35,218 nucleotides of DNA from Octopus bimaculoides (GCF_001194135.2 NC_068986.1:63380948-63416165), one strand, 5' to 3'. Positions 1 through 9,790 are shown, counted from the first letter of the stretch. Notes: generated by a model not told the origin, from the sequence alone. Numbers and translations: made by a program.

Positions 1-470
1 GAGGAGAGAAGAAATGGAGGGAGAAGAATACAAAGTAATAGGTGCAGATTAGAGAAGACAGATTAGGAACATCCAGAGTACAAAGAGACGGTAGGTGAAG
101 GAAAGTAAAGGTAAAAATAAAGATGATAAAGGAGGTTTACAAAAGTGGAAAAGTTCAAAAGTTTTTTAGACGTTGTGGTATATTGAAGCGATTTCCAATC
201 AGAAGATGGGTCCAGTGTAATCCGTGGGTAGGAGAGGTGCAGCCAGAGGGTATAAAGTTCAGAATCAAACAGTCCAGAAAGAGTAGATCCAGAAGGAAAG
301 AAGGTAGAATCCAAAAGTTCGTGTGTGATGAGAGGAGACAGGATTAGATGGTGCGACCACGTGAGTGTGTATTATATGTGGGAGAATATACGAAAAAACA
401 ACAACAGACGAGGACAGGTGGTGTAAATAACAAAAGTATGTATTAGTATGACGCTCGGGAATACGGAAAG

Positions 471-507
471 TCTTTGACGTTTCGAGCTACGCTCTTCAAC
501 AGAAAGA
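471..507 (-). ncRNA. Minimal type I hammerhead ribozyme motif (A6U core variant)
   Basis: Minus strand reads UCUUU-CUGUUGA-A-GAGC-GUA-GCUC-GAAA-CG-UC/AAAGA. Helix I (5 bp) and helix II (4 bp) pair perfectly; helix III is the loopless palindrome ACGU. Confidence 0.7.
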
Positions 508-1047
508 ATACGGAGACAAGGAGAAAAACACGGAGAAAAAAAATTGAATAGTGTTCAGTCAACGGTCAATCATAATAATGGCTGATCATAACAATGGCTG
601 ACCGGAAGTTAGAAATTCTTTTTTCAGGAGAGCTAAGAAAAGGGGGAGATAACAAACGGTGATCGAAGAACGAGGGGCTGTGTGTGAGAGATAGAATGCT
701 GGTGATCTTGGCGTATGTAGTGTGAAAATGGGGAAGGGAGAAAGGAGTTGGTCAGTTGTGTGTGCATGGTGTGATGCGAGGGTATTGGTGTGGTGTGATG
801 TGAGGGTGTTGGGAGGTGGGGAAGGCATGGGTGGAGTGTGGGTTAGGCTGAGGGTGGGGTAGAGGTAGGGATCAAGGTGCAGAAAAGTCATATTCTGAAT
901 GAACAAAGTAATGTAACCTGATGGTAGAAAGAATTCCATGAATTAGGTACTCCAAATTCGGTCAGAAGGCCATTTCAAAATGTAACCACATGTGAATCGT
1001 TGGCAATTTTTTTCCTCCATCTTCCTTTTCTATTGGACTTTCCTCCA

Positions 1048-1080
1048 TTTCTGAAGAAGAGCTTTGCTTGAAATGTTAAA
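1048..1080 (+). ncRNA. Decayed minimal hammerhead motif
   Basis: TTT-CTGAAGA-A-GAGC-TTT-GCTT-GAAA-TG-TT/AAA. Differs from an intact motif by two CG>TG changes. Confidence 0.55.
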
Positions 1081-1461
1081 CCACCTTTCTTTCCTTGCCT
1101 AAGCATCTCCTAATATTTTACATGTACCACATCCTCACGTTGTTGTTTTTTTGTGTTTGTTCTTCGTTTTTTGAGATTTACTATGTATGTATGTATGTAC
1201 GTACGTAAAATCTCAAGAAGAGATCAGAGTAGTAACTATACTAAAAAGTAAAGTCAGTCGCTACATCAAAGTGGCTGTTCCATGTTACTACTAGTTTAGC
1301 CCCAGGCAGATCCTCCACCAGCTGATTATCGGTGCAACGTTGTACCCTTTATACACAATATATATTGTTAGCAAGGGGAGTGAACCCTTACCAACCTCTA
1401 GCAGGTAACAATGTATTGTTGGCTGGAGCGGACTCTGGCTATCACTCTGGCAGATAGGTAC

Positions 1462-1508
1462 TCACAACTGAAGATCAACCAAATAGCTCAAAACTGAGTC
1501 AGTCTCGT
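1462..1508 (+). ncRNA. Hammerhead relic, copy 1 of the 360-nt unit
   Basis: TCACAA-CTGAAGA-T-CAAC-CAAATA-GCTC-AAAA-CTGAGTCAG-TC/TCGT. GAAA has decayed to AAAA at a CpG; helix III is the palindrome ACTGA-G-TCAGT. Confidence 0.6.
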
Positions 1509-1821
1509 AATCCTGTTATCTGCTAGAGGGTGGTAGGGGCTCGCACCCCTGTTAACAATATATATTGTATATAAAAGGTGCAGCATCACTCTAATAACCA
1601 GCTGGTGGAGGATCTGCCTGGGGCTAAACTAGTAATAACATGGAACAGCCACTTTGATGTGGTGACTGACTTTACTTTTTAATATAGTTACTATTCTGAT
1701 CTCTCTTGAGATTTTACAACTAGCTATTTTGCTTGTTGCAAATCAGTGACCGATGGTCACTTTGTTTACAATATATTGTTGGCTGGAGCAGACTCTGGCT
1801 ATCACTCTGGTGGGCAGGTGT

Positions 1822-1868
1822 TCACAACTGAGGATCAGCCAAATAGCTTGAAAGTGAGTCAGTCTCTC
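1822..1868 (+). ncRNA. Hammerhead relic, copy 2 of the 360-nt unit
   Basis: TCACAA-CTGAGGA-T-CAGC-CAAATA-GCTT-GAAA-GTGAGTCAG-TC/TCTC, exactly 360 nt after copy 1. Confidence 0.6.
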
Positions 1869-2039
1869 AATCCTATTACCTGCTAGAAGGTTGTAGGGGT
1901 TCGCTCTCCCTGCTAACAATATATATAAAGGGTACAGTGTCACACCAATAACCAACTGGCAGAGGATCTGACTGGGGTTAAACTAGTAGTAACATGGAAA
2001 AGCCACTTTGATGTGGTGACTGACTTTACTTTTCATATA

Positions 2040-2860
2040 TATGACAGCCGAGGACATGCATAGGCTTGAAAGAAATGAAGTCAGTACACTTCGCTGGATG
2101 TGCAATATCAGTGTTTATGTTCAACAGAGTGTAAGCATCTTGAGAGAAAAGTTAGGCATAAGAGGCATGAGATATGGTGTGCAAGAGAGACGACTGCATT
2201 GATATGGTCATGTGATGCATATGGATGAAGACAGCTGTGTAAAGAAGTGCCAATCTCTAACTGTGGAGGGAACCTGTGGTAGAGGTAGATCCTGGAAGAC
2301 ATGTGATGAGGTGGTGAATTATGATCTTCAAACTTTGAGCCTCACAGAGGCAATGACTAGTGACTGAGACCTTTGGTGATATGCTGTGCTTGAGAAGACT
2401 CATCAAGCCAAGTCAAATTGTAGTCATTGGTGTCACATAACTCGTGCCCATGCCAGTGACACACAAAAAGTACCTTTCAAGCGTTGGGCCTCACGAAAAC
2501 AAAGTGGCTGAATTCCTTTCAAGTATTGGGCCTCAGGGAGGCAAAGTGGCTGAGTTCCTTTTGAGTGTTGGGCCTCATGGAGGCAATGACCAAGACCTTT
2601 GGCATTATGTTGTGCTTGAGAAGAAGGCCCATCAAGCCAAGCAAAATCACAGTCATGGCAGATACTGGTGTCACACAAATGGCACCCATGCCAGTGGCAC
2701 ATAAAAGCACCCATTACACTCTAAGTGGTTGGTGTTAGGAAAGGCATCCAGCTGTAGAAAACCATCCTAAGTCAAACTGGAGTCTGGTACAGACTTCCAA
2801 CTTACCAGCCTTGGTCAAACCCAAGCCAGCATGGACAACAGATGTTAAATGATGATGATG
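2040..2860 (+). mobile_element. RTE-clade LINE 3' fragment (post-RT C-terminus plus 3' UTR), pseudogenised
   Basis: Translates MTAEDMHRLERNEVSTLRWMCNISV...RRLH*YGHVMHMDEDSCVKKCQSLTVEGTCGRGR with stops. Ends in a (GAT)n tail. Same family as 14510-15850 and 34887-35218. Confidence 0.8.
2484..2590 (+). repeat. Three imperfect 42-nt tandem units inside the RTE 3' region
   Basis: GTTGGGCCTCA...AAAGTGGCTGA(A/G)TTCCTTT recurs at 42-nt spacing. Confidence 0.75.
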
Positions 2861-2863
2861 ATA

Positions 2864-3066
2864 TATTCTTTTATTCTTTTACTTGCTTCAGTCATTTGAC
2901 TGCAGCCATGCTGGAGCACCATCTTTTAGTTGAGCAAATCGACCCCAGGACTTATTCATTGTAAGCCTATTACCTATTCTATCGGTCTCTTTTTGCCGAA
3001 CTGCTAAGTTACAGGGATGTAAACACACCAGCATTGGATGTCAAGCAATGTTGAGGGGGGGGGGCG
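2864..3066 (-). mobile_element. tRNA-derived SINE family A, 3' part
   Basis: Reverse complement of the 3' half of the copy at 9451-9790 (CCAGCATGGCTGCAGTCAAATGACTGAA...AAAAGAATAAAAGAAT). Confidence 0.7.
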
Positions 3067-3199
3067 AATAAGACACCTATTTCTCCCCCACTTTTATATT
3101 TTAACCTCCCAACTGACACAAAGCCATCTTCCTCAGTTCCACACACTTCTCTAGCTGAGAGGTCTTCATCTCACAAGTTATTTGGTGACCCCGCTGGGG

Positions 3200-3400
3200 T
3201 TAGGGTCACATAAAAAGTACCTGCGCTGGTGCCACATACAAAGCTCCCAGTTCACTCTCTAATGCAAATGGCATTAGGAAGGGCATCCAGCTACAGAAAC
3301 CATACCAAAGCAGACAATGGAACCTGGTACAGCTCTCCAGCTTGCCTACCTCCTGTCAAACTGTCCAGCATGGAAGACAAATGTTAAATGATGATGAAGA
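3200..3400 (+). mobile_element. RTE LINE 3' UTR fragment
   Basis: Matches 2700-2860 (GGCATCCAGCT...CCAGCATGGA...GTTAAATGATGATGA). Confidence 0.6.
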
Positions 3401-4107
3401 TAATATAATGTAATTCTTTAATCACTCAGTGTTTTGCCATTGTTTAGCTCTAAGTCACTCCTGATTTAGCTGGCCCATGATCAAAAGCATTCCTGCTGTG
3501 AACATCTAGTTTTATTTTTGGTGGGTTTTTTTATTTTTCCTTTGTGCAAGTGGTAACTTCACTATCCAATGAGCCCTTTTTTTTATTTTAAAGACTGTGG
3601 TATATGATTTGAGGGAGATTTGGTTGCTATTTCTAACATATGAATGACTAAGTAGGGTTCCTTTATTTTACAATATTTTAGTGCAGTGGCTGATAAATTC
3701 AAATTGGATTGTTTTCATCTCTATCCTTAGTTCAAATACTGATTCTGTATTTTAAATGATCTCAGAGTGATGTAATAAATAACTGGTTGACAAAATTAGG
3801 AGAGGTGAAATGGGTTGTTTGTGTCTTTTCCCAAAGACTTTATCAACCGAAGTGAAAAGGAAATAAGAACAGCCATGTTTCAAAACCAGGTCACAATCTT
3901 AACTCTATGTGATCTGAATAGTCTCTATTCTAAGATGTATGTCACTATCATAATCTATTACATACTGCCAGAGCCTCCGCAATCAAATTCTTTCATGGCA
4001 AAGGAGTGGAAGGAATTATGTTAGAAAGAAGGGATACTCTGTGTTCCTCCTCCCACACTCTTCTCACAGTGAAGCACAGCTAATTCTAAGAGAGAGAGAG
4101 AGAGAGA

Positions 4108-4275
4108 GGTGGGGGAGAAACCAGTCATAATACTTGATTTCTACTTTATTTTATCAACCCCTGAAGGATGAAAGGCCAAGTTAATCTCAGTAGAATTTTG
4201 AACTCAGAACATAAAGATCTGGAACAAAATTGCAAAGCATTTATTCAGTGTTCTACCAATTCTGCCATTTCCACT
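4108..4275 (-). mobile_element. tRNA-derived SINE family B fragment
   Basis: Matches 14098-14493. Minus strand carries a B-box-like GAGTTCAAAATTC and the core TTTCATCCTTCAGGGGTTGATAAAA. Confidence 0.65.
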
Positions 4276-4388
4276 TTTATAAGTGGTGTGTGCACAGAAA
4301 ATAGATATTTCTTATTTAGGCACAAAACATCACACATATAAAGAAAAGGAAATGGAATGATGCAGTATTTATTCCTTTCTCAAATATA

Positions 4389-5632
4389 TCAGGTCATTAA
4401 GAATGAAATGTCCGATTTCAAACTGAAAGTCTATTTTACTTTATTTCAACAAAAAGCAATGCCGTTAATCAAAGTATGCACCTAAATTATCAACACAATT
4501 TTGCCATTTTATCCTGTAACTTATTTATGTCAGCAGCAAAGAATTCTGGAGAGCAAGAGATAATGGTTGAAGTTTTTTTCCTTGCAAAATGTTGTCTAAT
4601 GCCTAGAAAATGTGATGGTCAGTTGGTGCAAGGTCTAGTGAATATGGTGGATGACAGTACTTCCAAGTTCAGTTCCTGTAACTTGAGTAGTGTTTTTTGT
4701 GCAACATGTGGTCGAGCATTGTCTTGCCAGAGAATTGGCCTGTCTCTATTGACCAATCTCAGTTGTTTAATTGCAAGTTCACTCATCATTTCATCCAATT
4801 GGTTGATGCATACATCTGCTGTAATTGACTTACCCGGTTTCAGGAAGCTGTAGTGGATGACACCAGTGCTGAACCACTGAACAGACACCATTAGCTTTTT
4901 TTGATGAATATTCTTTTTTGGATTGTGTTTTGGCACTTCATCACTATCCAACCACTTTGCAGAACACTTGCTATTGTTGAAAAGAATCCATTTTTCATCA
5001 CAAGTAACAATACGATGCAAAAATGGTTCACTTTTATGCTGTGTGAGCAAAGAATGGCAAGTTTCAAGACGTGTCATTTGATGCTCGTTCAGTTCGTGTG
5101 GTACCCACCTGTCTAGCTTCTTTACCTTGCTGATTTGTTTCAGATGGTCCAATACAGTTGGAATCAAAACATCAAACCTTGCTGCTAACTCACGTGTAGT
5201 TTGAGATATATCCATTTCCACTACAGTTTCCAGCTCATCATTATCCACCTTGGTCTCAGGTCTACCACGGGGCTGATTTTCAAGAGTAAATTCACCAGAT
5301 CGGAACTTCTCAACCCATCGACGTACAGTGCACTCATTTGCCACATCTTCACCAAACACCTCATTGATGTTTTGAGCTGTCTGGGATGCATTGGTTCCAC
5401 GATGGAACTCATATTCATAAACAACACAAATTTTTTATCTATCCATGGGCTCATAAAAATTATTTACAAGAGAAAACTCACAATATAATCAAACCATGAA
5501 TTGTATTTCGAAAAGTAATGATGTAACTCTTCAATGTTGTAAAACAAAGAATTGTCAGGATAAAACATTAGAGTTAATGACTGTCAAACTTGGTGCATAA
5601 GAAAATTGGATATTTCATTCTTAATGACCTAA
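4389..5632 (-). mobile_element. Mariner (Tc1/mariner, DD34D) transposon, near full length, 1244 bp
   Basis: 30-bp TIRs T(C/T)AGGTCATTAAGAATGAAAT(G/A)TCC(G/A)ATTT with 3 mismatches. TA duplications at 4387-4388 and 5633-5634. Confidence 0.93.
4465..5446 (-). pseudogene. Mariner transposase pseudogene
   Basis: MDR*KICVVYEYEFHRG start; motifs RGRP, WVPHEL, CDEKW, QDNARPH, HPPYSLDLAPTD (after a frameshift), ending WQNCVDNLGAYFD*. Confidence 0.92.
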
Positions 5633-5639
5633 TATTAAT

Positions 5640-6000
5640 ATCATCATCATCAACATTTAATGTCCATTTTCCATGCTTGTATGGGTTGGACAGCTTGAGA
5701 AGAACTGGCAAGGCCAGGGGCCACACCAGGTTCCATAGACTATTTTGGCTTGGTTTCTACAGCTAGTTGCCCTTCCTACTACCAGTGTGTACTGGGTGCT
5801 TTTTATGTGGCATCAGCACCCACACCAGTGCATTTTACATGACACCTTAGTTTTTAGGATCTCAATTCTGTTGGTTGGGTAGATCTTCTTGAGTACAGTA
5901 ATGCACCTCATATATCTCAATCCTCTTCATAAGGTTCGGTATTTTGAGATCAACCTTCAATACTTCGTTTCATGTCTCCCTGGGTCTCCCTTAAAATATC
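5640..6000 (-). mobile_element. RTE LINE 3' UTR fragment
   Basis: CATCATCAACATTTAATGTCC...CATGCTTGTATGGGTTGGAC matches 14510-14620. Confidence 0.6.
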
Positions 6001-6726
6001 TTAAACTGGATATTGAAACTAGGTTGTTGTTGTTGTTTTTGTTTAACACCATGTGAACCATATTCAAACATTATCAAAAGCATTCCAACTGTGACCATAC
6101 TGTCTTGCCAATAACAGGTCCTCTTTTTTTTTTAATGGGAGGCTGTGGCTTAAAGGAGATCTGGCTGCTGTTTCTTGCAAGTTGAGTGGTTACTTAGTGG
6201 TTCATTGAAATTAATTGGGTACTCAACCTGCTAAAGCCTGACCTTACACTCAAAAAATTCACCAAATACAGATATTGTTGTAGTAATTAAAAACTGGTTG
6301 GTTTGGGGTTTGTGTACAAGATGAGGTCATCTTGGTTTATTATAGTGAATTGATTATTTCTGAATAACATTGGTGATGTATGAGCTGGCGAAGCGTGGAG
6401 AGAACTTGTTGTTCTCTAATGTAAATTATTTTACTTTCTCTCCCTCCTTCCCTCCCTCTCCCCCCTCTCTCTCTGTTTGGGTAGGTTTGATAAATTCAAT
6501 GAACATTAAACTATTTAAGCAACATATGTTTGTACAATTACTGGTTACTGCCTCAGTGACACTGTCATATCAATTAAATTTTTACTTGTGATACAGGTAA
6601 TTGTTTGTTATATATAGTCAGTTGTTAATTAGTACCAGCCTGACTGCTACAACTTGGAACCTTTTAGCATACATATTGATGCAGTTACCTGTCAAATGCT
6701 AACAATGTGTTGTTGTGGATTTTTAG

Positions 6727-6971
6727 GCCACCTGAAAGATCTTGAAAGTGAAAAACTAATTGACAAATCTGAAAATGAGAGTGAGCTTAAGAAACGGAAA
6801 GAATTGGAAGAGAAGAAAAGGCAACATGAGCAGAAACGACTGAAAGAAATAAAGCAGAAAATGAAGGAGAAAAGGGAGAATGTTATCCAAGAACTGCTTG
6901 GAACTGAGCATGACTTCCATTATGATCTCCAATTATGCATTGGGTATTTTCTTTGCCCCTCTGTTGAAAAG
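6727..6971 (+). CDS. DNMBP: DNMBP/Tuba-family RhoGEF internal exon: coiled coil and start of DH domain
   Basis: tttag acceptor, AAG/gtatc donor; (G)HLKDLESEK...MKEKRENVIQELLGTEHDFHYDLQLCIGYFLCPSVEK. Confidence 0.88.
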
Positions 6972-7434
6972 GTATCTATAATTTGTCTTAATCTAAGTCA
7001 CTAGATATTCTGATGATAATTCTAACTTGTAACTTATAACTTTGTTGTGCCATAGGAATATGATAAAGTTGAACATTTATTTTATAAAATAAATATCATA
7101 TATTTAAATGGCAGTTTATCTGTAACCTACTGGATACTGAATAAAGCAGATAGTGGCTGTGTTTAAAAAGAATTTTGTGTTATGTCACTGGTTCAGAATA
7201 TGTAAAACAAATAAAAATTGCATATTCTGAATATGTACTGATGCAGTTTACTTGCTTTAAAAATCAACATAGTTCTATTTAAAGAAAAAAAATGGATTGA
7301 TTTTGGATGCTATATTTAATTGCTAAATAGCTTAAGCTGCCACTGTAGTTATCCAGACTAGGGAGATGTTTAAAATTAATTACAATGGTAACTTATATTT
7401 AAGATGTTTAAGACATTATTTCATGTCATTTCAG

Positions 7435-7555
7435 ATACCTGGCGTTGATTTGGATGTTATGTTTGGGAATATTGAAGATATCTGTGAGATCTCTTTGAAG
7501 CTCCTTCGCAGTATGGAACTTGCTGCAAAGGCTGAATTTGATAATCAACTTATAG
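7435..7555 (+). CDS. DNMBP: DNMBP exon, DH domain
   Basis: tttcag / gtaaag; IPGVDLDVMFGNIEDICEISLKLLRSMELAAKAEFDNQLI(G). Confidence 0.92.
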
Positions 7556-8205
7556 GTAAAGATTTTCAAATTCCTCTTTTTTTTCTTCAGTATTTCAGCC
7601 TTCACTTATTGTATCAGGTAGACACATAGCTTTCTTCATTACCCATTATGTGTAGTTGAAGATTACTTTTTCTCTTCTTAGATTTAAGCATTCTTCTGAG
7701 GGGCTGTGACCCTTCCAGATAATTGTAGTCAAAATGGCTTTATGTTCATCTATAAAGAAATGTCTGTTGAAAAAAAATTTTATGTGGGAAAGGAATTCCA
7801 AAGTGTTCACACTCTGGGTAGAAGGTTTGGGAAAAGGGATTAGTGTAGTGGCCTAGATTATGAAAAAAAAGTTGGGGTGGCATGAAGGAGAGAAATGTGT
7901 AGGCCTAAGTAAAACAGTTTGCGACTAGACAGCTCTGAGGAACAGAAGCCATTGTAATTGAGGTGGAATAAACAGAAGAGACAATGCATTTGTAGGTCAG
8001 TGTTTGTAGTTTATTGTCTTTACCAATCAGTCAAATAGTTTTCTTTTGGGCGTGGTCTAGGATATCTGAGTGTGTAGCAGCAGCCTTGTCATGTATGTGA
8101 GGACTGCTTAGGGGTCTTAGTTAAGTTTTATTGAGGACCAGTAGCTGTTCAGAACTGAAATGGTTTAGCCATTCTATGTATGCAGGCTCACCAGATGAAG
8201 TATAT

Positions 8206-8242
<37 letters not shown>

Positions 8243-9066
8243 TTATTTATACTTAATATCTACAGTTTGTTTCAATAGGTCTCATCTCCATTTACCAAGC
8301 AGTGTCTTATTGCTTGTTGTGGGCATAGTCCCAAACTGGATTTTAAATTGGTACTGTTATTTCTAAATTCATGTTTATATTAGTTCAGCCACTGAATAAG
8401 AACCTTATTTCTATTTGTTTCGAAATAAGAGTTCCCAGTTTGAATCCACTTTGGAACAATGGACAATGTACACATTCACAAACAAGACACTTAATGATAA
8501 ACAAAGATCAAACTGGTCAAAATATAATATAAATATAAATATTAAGTGTTTCATCCTAAAAAGAGACTAATGATCTGAAAATTATCTTAACAACTTCATA
8601 TATTGTCTGTTCATGTCTACTTAGATGTCCTCAGACTGGAATTGAATTCACAAACCTCATATTTCTATTGGGGAAGTGTTCTGAAGCCTCGTAGAAATAA
8701 CTTTTGGTGGATTCAGTTCCAAATTTAGCATGTGTCAAATGTGACATTTGATGACAAAATGAAAAATGAAACTGTTGAGAATTAGTTAAAACTGTTAGCT
8801 ATCAAATCTGAAAAGCCTTTCCATCAACAAGAGAGCTCCGCACATTTAAGATTATCCAACGGACAAAAGATAAAGTCAAAATGAATTTGGAAATGAAATA
8901 ACATGGAACAAAAAGTACAATTTTTTGAAATAAACAAAAATATTTTTGGAAAGAAAAAGAAAATCATTGCTGGAGAGAAATTATTTTCAGTAAAGATGAT
9001 GCTTGATTTTACAAAGACTTAACACTGAGGCAACAGTTCTAATGTGCAATATCTTCTCCCTTGCAG

Positions 9067-9158
9067 GTCCATGTTTTGTAAATTTAGCAGATGAGATGAA
9101 ACAAGCATACGGTCCATATTGCAAGAACCATGATGATGTGATCACACTCCTTGAAAAG
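9067..9158 (+). CDS. DNMBP: DNMBP exon, DH domain (absent from the ORF track)
   Basis: ttgcag / gtagga; (G)PCFVNLADEMKQAYGPYCKNHDDVITLLEK; phase 1 in, phase 0 out. Confidence 0.92.
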
Positions 9159-9450
9159 GTAGGATATTAAGGAAAAGAGATAGGGTTTTGTTCTGTTTCT
9201 TTATTTAGTTATTCATTGTTAATTTCTTCTAGCTTAACTCTTTCTTCTAAGAAAAATTAGATGAGATTTTTATTTCTCCCAGTTGTCCTCTGGTATTCTC
9301 TTTCTCAAAATAACTGATAAAGGGGTTTTTTTTTTAATTTCTTTCACCACACTACTTCCCTTTCAACTCTCATACACAATGCAATAAATAATACCCATAG
9401 TATTGGTCATCATAATTAACTGAAAATACATTCAGCTAAATATCTTATAT

Positions 9451-9790
9451 AGGCGCAGTGGTAAGAAGCTAGCTTCCAAACCACATGTTTCCTGGTTCAG
9501 TCCCACTGCCTGGTACCTTGGGCAAGTGTCTTCTGCTATAGTCTCAAGCTGATCAAAGCCTTGTGAGTGGATCTGGTAGATGGAAACTGAAAGAAGCCCG
9601 TCGTATGTATGTGTGTGTGTCTGTGTTTGTCCCCCCACCATCACTTGACAACCGATGTTGGTGTGTTTACGATAGAATAAGTGCTAGGCTTACAAAGAAT
9701 AAGTCCTGGGGTTGATTTGTTCAGCTGAAGGTGGTGCTCCAGCATGGCTGCAGTCAAATGACTGAAACAAGTAAAAGAATAAAAGAATAA
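9451..9790 (+). mobile_element. tRNA-derived SINE family A, near-complete copy
   Basis: tRNA-like head (GGCGCAGTGGTAAGAAG...GGTTCAGTCCC), internal (TG)n, AAAAGAAT tail. Further copies at 11240, 16388, 26217 and 33000. Confidence 0.75.

Larger units (their letters stand above)
1..1150. mobile_element. Probable Penelope-like retroelement remnant(s), non-coding, carrying two divergently oriented HHR-like motifs
   Basis: Minimal HHR motifs at 471-507 (-) and 1048-1080 (+), the type described in Penelope pLTRs. Strand-skewed low-complexity sequence. No RT or GIY-YIG peptide recognised. Boundaries approximate. Confidence 0.45.
1205..2035 (+). mobile_element. Non-autonomous HHR-bearing element: inverted partial unit plus tandem ~360-nt units (retrozyme or Penelope-pLTR-like)
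   Basis: 1205-1410 is the reverse complement of ~1514-1717. 1408-1680 recurs at 1768-2033 (offset 360 at the HHR). HHR cores at 1468 and 1828. No credible ORF. Confidence 0.7.

Noticed and set aside
63-939. ORFs 63-314, 123-347 and 586-939 as genes or a GIY-YIG endonuclease
   Set aside because: Low-complexity, compositionally driven peptides with no recognisable catalytic motif.
2484-2590. 42-nt repeats as a CRISPR-like array or a 14-aa repeat protein
   Set aside because: Contiguous imperfect tandem units with no unique spacers, inside a eukaryotic LINE 3' end.
3815-4060. AKEWKELC*KEGI as an LTR-retrotransposon integrase fragment
   Set aside because: Short resemblance only; no DNG or other catalytic motif.
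4476-5488. Plus-strand ORFs 4476-4853, 4901-5116 and 5201-5488
   Set aside because: Antisense shadows of the mariner transposase.
9451-9530. tRNA gene
   Set aside because: A/B-box-like head without a full cloverleaf, continuing into SINE body sequence present in multiple copies.
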